Shown: piece by piece, positions 56,930 through 64,000 of the stretch
How the letters are laid out: the number at the start of each line of letters is the position of its first letter
How positions within the stretch are numbered: the stretch's first letter is position 1
From: Gammaproteobacteria bacterium
GTDB lineage: Bacteria; Pseudomonadota; Gammaproteobacteria; Nitrosococcales; Methylophagaceae
DNA length: 64,000 bases
Assembly (NCBI GenBank): GCA_029210875.1
Contig: JARGFJ010000002.1
Span: 5,689-69,688 of the forward strand
Direction: 5' to 3'
Program-made: the position numbers and the translations under genes
The notes under the pieces: model-generated
Database searches by the model: none
What the model was told of the DNA's origin: nothing
The model's input: only the letters and a program-made list of their open reading frames with translations

Positions 56930-58185
56930 TGGTTATGACAAAAAAGAATGATAAAGATTTAATCGTCGGACTAGATATTGGCACCTCTAAAGTGGTTGCA
57001 ATTGTGGCAGCACCGATACCTAATCCAGGTCCGAGTGAGCCGAAGCTGGAGATTATTGGTATAGGTTCGCACCCTGCACGAGGCATGAAAAAAGGCGTTG
57101 TCGTTAATATCGAGTCGACTGTGCAATCAATTCAACGTGCAGTAGAAGAAGCTGAGTTGATGGCCGGTTGTCAAATCCATTCAGTTTATGCCGGGATTGC
57201 AGGTAGCCATATTCGTAGCTTGAACTCACATGGCACTGTTGCCATACGAGATAAGGAGGTAACACAAGGTGATATCGATCGTGTATTAGATGCTGCAAAA
57301 GCGGTGCATTTCCCTGGTGATCAACAATTACTGCATGTGATGCCACAGGAATACATCATTGATAATCAGGAAGGTATTCGTGAGCCCATTGGCATGTCAG
57401 GCGTGCGCCTGGAAGCAAAAGTCCATCTTATTACCGGTGCGGTTAGTGCGGCTCAAAACATTAGTAAATGTATAGAGCGTTGTGGTTTATCAGTTGATGG
57501 CATCATTCTGGAACAAATGGCATCAAGCTATTCAGTATTAGAACATGATGAAAAAGAATTAGGCGTGTGTTTAGTTGATATTGGTGGCGGCACAACTGAC
57601 ATAGCGGTGTTTATTGATGGTGCTATACGTCATACCGCTGTGATCCCTATTGCTGGCGATCAGGTCACTAATGATATTGCGGTTGCATTAAGAACGCCGA
57701 CGCAATATGCCGAAGAAATCAAGATGAAATATGCCTGTGCGTTAACTCAACTCGCTCGTGAAGATGAAACGATTGAAGTGCCAAGCGTGGGTGATAGGCC
57801 ACCACGTCAATTAGCGAGACAGACATTAGCCGAAGTGGTTGAGCCTCGTTATGAGGAACTATTAATGTTAGTGCAAGCAGAATTAAGACGAAGTGGATTT
57901 GAAGAGCTGTTAGCGGCTGGTGTGGTGCTAACCGGCGGTAGCTCAAAAATGGAAGGTGTGATTGAACTGGCAGAAGAAGTATTTCATTTACCGGTTCGAC
58001 TGGGCCTGCCACAACATGTCGGTGGATTAGTAGAGGTTGTACGTAATCCTATTCATGCAACAGGTGTTGGATTGTTGTTGTTTGGTTGCGAAGAAGAATC
58101 ACTCGGACAGTCTGAAGTAAAAAAAGGCAGTGGTATGAAATCTATGCTGGCAAGGATGAAAAGCTGGTTTCAAGGTAATTTTTAA
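56929..58185 (+). CDS. ftsA: cell division protein FtsA
   Basis: Actin-fold motifs 'VGLDIGTSK' and 'VDIGGGTTDIAV'. C-terminal amphipathic helix 'MLARMKSWFQGNF'. Confidence 0.94.
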   Translation: MVMTKKNDKDLIVGLDIGTSKVVAIVAAPIPNPGPSEPKLEIIGIGSHPARGMKKGVVVNIESTVQSIQRAVEEAELMAGCQIHSVYAGIAGSHIRSLNSHGTVAIRDKEVTQGDIDRVLDAAKAVHFPGDQQLLHVMPQEYIIDNQEGIREPIGMSGVRLEAKVHLITGAVSAAQNISKCIERCGLSVDGIILEQMASSYSVLEHDEKELGVCLVDIGGGTTDIAVFIDGAIRHTAVIPIAGDQVTNDIAVALRTPTQYAEEIKMKYACALTQLAREDETIEVPSVGDRPPRQLARQTLAEVVEPRYEELLMLVQAELRRSGFEELLAAGVVLTGGSSKMEGVIELAEEVFHLPVRLGLPQHVGGLVEVVRNPIHATGVGLLLFGCEEESLGQSEVKKGSGMKSMLARMKSWFQGNF

Positions 58186-58238
58186 ACAATAACAAACTAA
58201 ATTTAGATTAAATAGTAGTAACTCTGGGGAGAGAAAAA

Positions 58239-59396
58239 ATGACATTTGAACTTATCGACACATATACACAAAATGCGGTCATCAAAGTAATAGGTGTTGG
58301 CGGCGGCGGCGGTAATGCTTTGGAACATATGGTACTCAATGAAATTGAAGGTGTAGATTTCATTTGTGCCAATACTGATGCCCAGGCATTACGCAAAAGC
58401 GCTGCAACGACTCACTTACAATTAGGTACTGATATTACTAAAGGTTTGGGAGCAGGAGCTAACCCTGATATTGGTCGTCAGGCTGCATTAGAAGATCGTG
58501 AACGTATCATGGAGGTCATTAAAGGCGCTGATATGATATTTATCGCTGCTGGTATGGGCGGTGGCACAGGTACAGGGGCTGCACCTGTTGTCGCTCAGGT
58601 TGCTAAAGAAATGGGAATTTTAACTGTTGCAGTTGTGACTAAACCTTTCCCATTTGAAGGTAGCAAACGTCTGAAAGTTGCAAATGCTGGTTTGGCTGAA
58701 TTAAGTCAGCATGTTGACTCATTAATCACCATTCCAAATGAAAAATTGCTTGCGGTATTAGGCAAAGAGATGAGTTTGTTGAATGCGTTTAAAGCAGCCA
58801 ATGATGTTTTACTTGGTGCCGTGCAAGGTATTGCTGAATTAATTACACGTGAAGGTATGATTAACGTTGACTTTGCTGACGTTAGAACAGTAATGTCAGA
58901 AATGGGTATGGCGATGATGGGTACTGGTCGTGCGACAGGTGAAAATCGTGCTGTCGAAGCGGCACAACATGCTGTTTCAAGCCCACTATTAGAAGATGTT
59001 GATTTGGCAGGTGCGCGAGGTGTCTTGGTTAATATTACTGCTGGTTTGGATATGACTATCAGTGAATTTGAAGCTGTCGGTAATATCGTGAAAGATTTTG
59101 CCTCTGAAGATGCAACCGTTGTTGTTGGAACAGTCATTGATCCTGAAATGACCGATGAATTACGGGTGACGGTAGTAGCAACAGGTTTAGGTTCGCCACA
59201 TGTTGCTAAAGTGGCTGTGACTCCTGAAGTAATTGCAAGTCAGATTGAGATTGTCAAAAAACCTGTTGATATCAACTATGATGAACCAACCATAATTCGT
59301 CAGAAAGGTTTAGCTCAAAATAAACAGGTCGCGAATAGTGATGTGAATATGGAATATCTTGATGTGCCCGCATTTTTACGCCGTCAGGCTGATTAA
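58239..59396 (+). CDS. ftsZ: cell division GTPase FtsZ
   Basis: Tubulin signature 'GMGGGTGTGAAP', 'NTDAQAL', and the C-terminal peptide 'DVPAFLRRQAD'. Confidence 0.97.
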   Translation: MTFELIDTYTQNAVIKVIGVGGGGGNALEHMVLNEIEGVDFICANTDAQALRKSAATTHLQLGTDITKGLGAGANPDIGRQAALEDRERIMEVIKGADMIFIAAGMGGGTGTGAAPVVAQVAKEMGILTVAVVTKPFPFEGSKRLKVANAGLAELSQHVDSLITIPNEKLLAVLGKEMSLLNAFKAANDVLLGAVQGIAELITREGMINVDFADVRTVMSEMGMAMMGTGRATGENRAVEAAQHAVSSPLLEDVDLAGARGVLVNITAGLDMTISEFEAVGNIVKDFASEDATVVVGTVIDPEMTDELRVTVVATGLGSPHVAKVAVTPEVIASQIEIVKKPVDINYDEPTIIRQKGLAQNKQVANSDVNMEYLDVPAFLRRQAD

Positions 59397-59485
59397 TGAT
59401 TTCAGGCTATATCTATATCGCTGATATGAGCTAGCATGTGATATTATGTGTCGTTCATTGTTAAACGAATATGGGGGATTGCGCC

Positions 59486-60403
59486 GTGATTAAGCAACGA
59501 ACATTGAAAAATGTGATTCGTGCGACCGGTGTTGGGTTGCATAGTGGCGATACGGTCTATTTGACCTTGCGGCCTGCTGCCCCTGATACAGGCATAGTAT
59601 TTCGACGGGTTGATCTCGATCCTGCTGTTGTAATTCGTGCCAAAGCTGAAAATGTTGGTGAAACAGCACTGTCAACGACCTTGATCGAGCATGGTCACAA
59701 AATATCGACAGTTGAGCATTTATTGTCAGCATTTGCAGGTTTAGGTATCGATAATGCCTATATCGATCTCAATGCCGCTGAAGTTCCAATTATGGATGGA
59801 AGTGCAGGCCCGTTTGTATTTTTAGTTCAATCCGCTGGTATTGAAGAGCAAGCTGCCGCCAAAAAATTTATTCGAATTAAACAGCCTGTTGTGTATGAAG
59901 ATGGTGATAAATGGGCCAAGTTTGAAGAATTTGATGGGTTTAAGGTGAATTTCACTATTGATTTTAAACATCCCGCTTTTACTGGCCGTCCCCAGCAGGT
60001 AGAAGTTGATTTTTCATCAACATCATTTGTACGTGAAGTGAGTCGAGCACGTACATTTGGTTTTATGAAGGACATCGAAAAGTTAAGAGAAAATAACCTT
60101 GCTCTTGGCGGCAGTATTGATAATGCCATTGTCGTTGACGATTACCGAGTTCTTAACGAAGATGGTCTTCGTTATGAAGATGAATTTGTACGTCATAAAG
60201 TATTAGATGTCATTGGCGATCTATATTTACTTGGTTATAGCTTGATTGGCTCATTTAGTGGCTATAAATCTGGCCATGAGATCAATAACAAATTATTACG
60301 CAAGTTGTTAGCCCAAGAAGATGCATGGGAATTGGTCACGTTTGAAGATGAAAAAGATGCGCCTATTGTATTTAGTCGCCCTGCCGCTTCAATAGTATCT
60401 TAA
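59486..60403 (+). CDS. lpxC: UDP-3-O-acyl-GlcNAc deacetylase
   Basis: '[20 protein letters not shown]', 'TVEHLLSA' and '[10 protein letters not shown]'. The GTG at 59486 aligns with the E. coli N-terminus; the ATG at 59471 is an alternative start. Confidence 0.93.
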   Translation: MIKQRTLKNVIRATGVGLHSGDTVYLTLRPAAPDTGIVFRRVDLDPAVVIRAKAENVGETALSTTLIEHGHKISTVEHLLSAFAGLGIDNAYIDLNAAEVPIMDGSAGPFVFLVQSAGIEEQAAAKKFIRIKQPVVYEDGDKWAKFEEFDGFKVNFTIDFKHPAFTGRPQQVEVDFSSTSFVREVSRARTFGFMKDIEKLRENNLALGGSIDNAIVVDDYRVLNEDGLRYEDEFVRHKVLDVIGDLYLLGYSLIGSFSGYKSGHEINNKLLRKLLAQEDAWELVTFEDEKDAPIVFSRPAASIVS

Positions 60404-60840
60404 GAGTGACGCTTAGCTAGTTTTTCAAGTGCAGTTTTGAGTGAGCCATCTTCAAGATCGTGTGCAGTTTGTTGTATGGTCCTAGCTGCATTTTCAGGCA
60501 TCGAAAGCATATTTGTATTAGGGTTATTAAGTGGTATATGATGCGGTTTGACTTTGACTATGATTTTACTAAATGATCGGTCAAGTTGATCTGATAGGGT
60601 TTTACAAAGGATAGGTGCTTGAAATCTAACCATACTGGCCAATGATGCATTATCTGTGTGAATGATCAGGGTGTCGTCTTTGATATTTGCAAGGCGACAA
60701 TGTGCTGAATACTGTGGCGGTAAAGATTGTTGAAGTACGTGATTAAGCTGAGCTAATAGCTGAGTATGTTGGGATAACCTTTTCAATATATCGTTTTGTT
60801 GATAGACATTTTTTATATGATTGAGTCTATTTTTCATCAT
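60400..60840 (-). CDS. DUF721 / DciA-like protein (putative helicase-operating factor)
   Basis: ~146-aa protein convergent with lpxC and next to the M23 peptidase and secA. This is the position occupied by DUF721/DciA genes in DnaC-less gammaproteobacteria. The call rests on size, context and general sequence character only. Confidence 0.55.
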   Translation of the reverse strand: MMKNRLNHIKNVYQQNDILKRLSQHTQLLAQLNHVLQQSLPPQYSAHCRLANIKDDTLIIHTDNASLASMVRFQAPILCKTLSDQLDRSFSKIIVKVKPHHIPLNNPNTNMLSMPENAARTIQQTAHDLEDGSLKTALEKLAKRHS

Positions 60841-60870
60841 GGTAGTTGTGAACCAATAATAAGGGCAAAC

Positions 60871-61776
60871 ATGCAAATTATCATTATCTCACCCAATGGC
60901 AAGACTCCTAAACACTGGCATTTAACGCCATTCAAATTAGCCACCGTATTTCTCATTTGTTTAAGTATTGTTTTCGCCTCAGCATCATTCATCAATAAAT
61001 TAACGCTTCAGACTCCAGATAGCAATATAACACTACCACGTGTTCAAGCGATTCCTGATTTAGTCAGCAATAATACCGACACTACAACCGAGCAAAATGA
61101 TCAAGTGCAAGCTTATTTTGCAAAACGTTTAGGTGGCTTGCAGGCTGAAACAATACGATTGAAGGCGCTTACAGAAAAACTGGCGATGATGTCAGGATTT
61201 GATACCAGTGAATTTTTGCTAGATGAAGAGCCCGGTCAAGGTGGTCTCGATCAGGAAGGTATTTCCTTTAACGAAGACGATTTTGCGCTTAACCTTACCT
61301 CACTTGAGCAAACCTTGAGTAAACAGTCTTTGCAATTGAGTCATTTACAGAATTATTTGCTAACTGAAGATACTATTAAATCAGCGATACCCAGTGGCAA
61401 GCCAATTAAAGGTGGTTGGATTTCATCCTATTTTGGATATCGAACTGATCCATTTAACGGCAAAAAAGTATTTCATAAAGGAGTGGATTTTGCTGGCAAG
61501 GAAGGCAGTAAAGTTTATACTGTCGCTGACGGAATTATCAGTTGGAAAGGCCGACGTAGTGGTTATGGTGAACTAGTAGAAATTGATCATGGTAACGGTT
61601 ATGTCACGCGTTACGCTCATAATAAAACAGTTATAGCTGATCTGGGTGAGAAAGTGTCAAAAGGTCAGGCTATTGCTCTGATGGGGTCAACCGGGCGTTC
61701 TACCGGCCCTCATGTTCATTTTGAAGTGTTACGTGATGGAAAACAGGTTAATCCCTACAAGTTTGTTAAGCGATAA
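60871..61776 (+). CDS. M23-family metallopeptidase (membrane-anchored)
   Basis: N-terminal TM segment, a coiled-coil region, and LytM motifs 'HKGVDFAG', 'GNGYVTRYAHN' and 'GSTGRSTGPHVHFEV'. Confidence 0.88.
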   Translation: MQIIIISPNGKTPKHWHLTPFKLATVFLICLSIVFASASFINKLTLQTPDSNITLPRVQAIPDLVSNNTDTTTEQNDQVQAYFAKRLGGLQAETIRLKALTEKLAMMSGFDTSEFLLDEEPGQGGLDQEGISFNEDDFALNLTSLEQTLSKQSLQLSHLQNYLLTEDTIKSAIPSGKPIKGGWISSYFGYRTDPFNGKKVFHKGVDFAGKEGSKVYTVADGIISWKGRRSGYGELVEIDHGNGYVTRYAHNKTVIADLGEKVSKGQAIALMGSTGRSTGPHVHFEVLRDGKQVNPYKFVKR

Positions 61777-61905
61777 GGCTTGCATTCTGTTCTGATGTTC
61801 CCCACATGTCTAAATAGACCTGACAGGTCACACACGTTATAATCACGCGATTTTTTCGAATAATTTCAGGCAGATTGACTGTCAAAATACAGGTAGTATT
61901 GAGTA

Positions 61906-64000
61906 ATGGTAAGCAAGTTTTTCAGTAAAATCTTTGGCAGTCGAAATGAGCGAGTGCTTAAACAGTTACGTAAAATTGTCGATCAAATAAATAGTTTTGA
62001 ACCCGAAATTGAACAATTGAATGATGCTGCTTTACAAGCTAAAACAGCCGAATTTAAACAGCGCCTGGCAGACGGACAATCGCTCGATGCGATTTTGCCA
62101 GAAGCCTTTGCAGTAGTACGAGAAGCAAGTAAACGTGTACTTGGAATGCGACATTTTGATGTGCAATTGATCGGTGGTATGGTGCTCAACGACGGTAAAA
62201 TTGCTGAAATGCGTACTGGTGAAGGTAAAACGCTAGTCGCAACCCTGGCAATTTATTTGAACGCGCTTGAAGGTGAAGGGGTTCACTTAGTTACAGTTAA
62301 TGATTACCTTGCCCAACGTGATGCCGCTTTGATGGGGCAACTTTATGGCTTTTTAGGATTATCTACTGGCGTTATTATTTCAGGTATGCCACAAGATCAA
62401 CGTCGCCAAGCCTACGCTGCTGATATTACCTACGGCACCAATAATGAATTTGGCTTTGATTACCTGCGTGACAATATGGCGTTTAGTCTTGGAGAAAAGG
62501 TACAGCGAGGCCTTAATTTTGCTGTAGTCGACGAGGTCGATTCAATCCTAATCGATGAAGCACGTACACCACTTATTATTTCTGGTCAGGCCGAAAATAG
62601 CTCTGATTTATATAGAAGCGTCAACGTCTTAATTCCTAACTTAAGCCAACAAATTGGTGAAGGTGATGAAGTAGAAGTTGCTGGTGATTACACCTTAGAT
62701 GAAAAAGCCAAGCAAGTTCATTTCACTGAAGCTGGTCATGAAAAAATCGAAAATCTATTAATTGAAATTGGTCTGTTAGATCCAAATGCAAGTTTATATG
62801 ATGCTGCCAACATAGGCTTAATGCATCACGTCACAGCAGCATTACGTGCTCATGTTTTATTCCAGCGCGATGTTGATTACATAGTGCAAGAGAATCAGAT
62901 CGTTATTGTTGATGAGTTTACGGGGCGTACTATGCCTGGTCGCCGTTGGTCAGAAGGGTTACATCAAGCGGTAGAAGCAAAAGAAGGCGTTGAAATTCAA
63001 CATGAAAATCAAACCTTGGCATCAATAACATTCCAAAATTATTTCCGTTTGTATAACAAATTATCGGGCATGACCGGTACTGCCGATACAGAAGCGTTTG
63101 AATTACAGTCTATTTATGGACTTGAAGTTATTGTTATTCCTACGCATCGCCCAATGCAGCGTAAAGATGAAGCTGACCAAATTTATTTAACCCAAAAAGA
63201 AAAATTTGATGCGATTGTCAATGATATTAAAAATTGTATTGAACGCAAACAGCCTGTTTTAGTCGGTACATCATCGGTTGAAAGTTCAGAATATCTGCAC
63301 GAATTATTAGTGAAAGAAAAAATTCAACATGAAGTGCTTAATGCAAAACAACATGAACGTGAAGCGCATATTATTGCTCAAGCTGGGCAACCAGCTGCAG
63401 TAACCATTGCTACAAATATGGCTGGTCGTGGTACTGATATTGTTTTAGGTGGTAACTTAGAAGCTGAATTAGCGACATTAGATGAATCTGCAACTGATGC
63501 TGAAAAACAAGCGATTAAAGATGGATGGCAACAGCGACATCAACACGTTTTAGACGCGGGTGGTTTGCATATTATAGGTTCAGAACGTCATGAATCACGT
63601 CGTATCGATAACCAATTACGTGGTCGTTCAGGTCGTCAAGGTGATGCGGGTTCAAGTCGTTTCTATTTATCATTAGAAGATAATTTAATGCGAATTTTTG
63701 CTTCAGAGCGTATGGCTGGCTTGATGCAAAAACTTGGAATGGAAGAGGGTGAAGCGATTGAACATCCTTGGGTTTCACGTGCCATTGAAAATGCACAACG
63801 TAAAGTTGAAGGCCATAACTTCGATATTCGCAAACAATTATTAGAATTTGATGACGTTGCTAATGATCAACGTAAAGTGATCTATGAACAACGTAATGAG
63901 CTTATGGCGGCTGACGATGTATCTGAAACCGTTATTTCTATGCGTGAAACAGTTATTGATGATGTGATTGATAACTATATTCCGCCTAATAGTATTGATG
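61906..64000 (+). CDS. secA: preprotein translocase ATPase SecA (5' partial, runs off the window)
   Basis: Absent from the ORF track because no stop codon falls in the window. Translation from ATG 61906 gives '[23 protein letters not shown]...[34 protein letters not shown]...[20 protein letters not shown]...[10 protein letters not shown]', the classic SecA sequence. Confidence 0.95.
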   Translation, partial: MVSKFFSKIFGSRNERVLKQLRKIVDQINSFEPEIEQLNDAALQAKTAEFKQRLADGQSLDAILPEAFAVVREASKRVLGMRHFDVQLIGGMVLNDGKIAEMRTGEGKTLVATLAIYLNALEGEGVHLVTVNDYLAQRDAALMGQLYGFLGLSTGVIISGMPQDQRRQAYAADITYGTNNEFGFDYLRDNMAFSLGEKVQRGLNFAVVDEVDSILIDEARTPLIISGQAENSSDLYRSVNVLIPNLSQQIGEGDEVEVAGDYTLDEKAKQVHFTEAGHEKIENLLIEIGLLDPNASLYDAANIGLMHHVTAALRAHVLFQRDVDYIVQENQIVIVDEFTGRTMPGRRWSEGLHQAVEAKEGVEIQHENQTLASITFQNYFRLYNKLSGMTGTADTEAFELQSIYGLEVIVIPTHRPMQRKDEADQIYLTQKEKFDAIVNDIKNCIERKQPVLVGTSSVESSEYLHELLVKEKIQHEVLNAKQHEREAHIIAQAGQPAAVTIATNMAGRGTDIVLGGNLEAELATLDESATDAEKQAIKDGWQQRHQHVLDAGGLHIIGSERHESRRIDNQLRGRSGRQGDAGSSRFYLSLEDNLMRIFASERMAGLMQKLGMEEGEAIEHPWVSRAIENAQRKVEGHNFDIRKQLLEFDDVANDQRKVIYEQRNELMAADDVSETVISMRETVIDDVIDNYIPPNSID

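Noticed and set aside
61777-61905. A secM-like leader peptide upstream of secA
   Set aside because: No ORF with an arrest motif is present. There is only a weak sigma70-like promoter (TAGACC-17-TATAAT) overlapping a 13-bp palindrome, GACCTGACAGGTC.
1-64000. CRISPR arrays, IS elements, transposases, integrases, rRNA genes and prophage genes
   Set aside because: I saw no regularly spaced direct repeats. No ORF has transposase, integrase or phage motifs. The only repeats found are short palindromes and an 11-bp direct repeat.

Overview
This 64-kb window looks like chromosomal DNA from a low-GC, halotolerant gammaproteobacterium. The gene content suggests a methylotroph of the Methylophaga type, but this taxonomic call is an inference. 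Most of the window is conserved housekeeping: thiL-pgpA, rnd, moaB, rlmB, rpsF-rpsR-(membrane protein)-rplI, dnaB-alr-radA, hemJ, dolP-yraN-lpoA/rsmI, RNase P RNA, a complete 16-gene dcw cluster followed by lpxC (mraZ through lpxC, with murB inside), a DciA-like gene, an M23 peptidase, and the 5' part of secA, which is open at the window end and missing from the ORF track.

Four accessory blocks interrupt this backbone:
1. A type IV pilus minor-pilin locus at 1.4-7.3 kb. It has no PilY1, a non-canonical gene order, an enlarged PilX-like protein, a 654-aa PilV-like fusion, a frameshifted FimT paralog and a VapC remnant.
2. The ectoine operon ectABC-ask at 11.1-14.8 kb, without ectR or ectD.
3. 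A six-gene MoxR / DUF58 / VWA / TPR cassette at 29.4-34.8 kb, whose architecture matches mxaRSACKL.
4. A sucrose cluster (sps-spp-fructokinase-amylosucrase) at 35.2-41.3 kb.

Blocks 3 and 4, together with a tRNA-Met and a pilT/pilU gene fragment, form about 13 kb sitting between rnpB and mraZ. These two genes are usually adjacent, so the segment looks like an insertion.

I saw no CRISPR array, IS element, integrase or rRNA. All protein identifications rest on motif recognition by eye, because no searches could be run.
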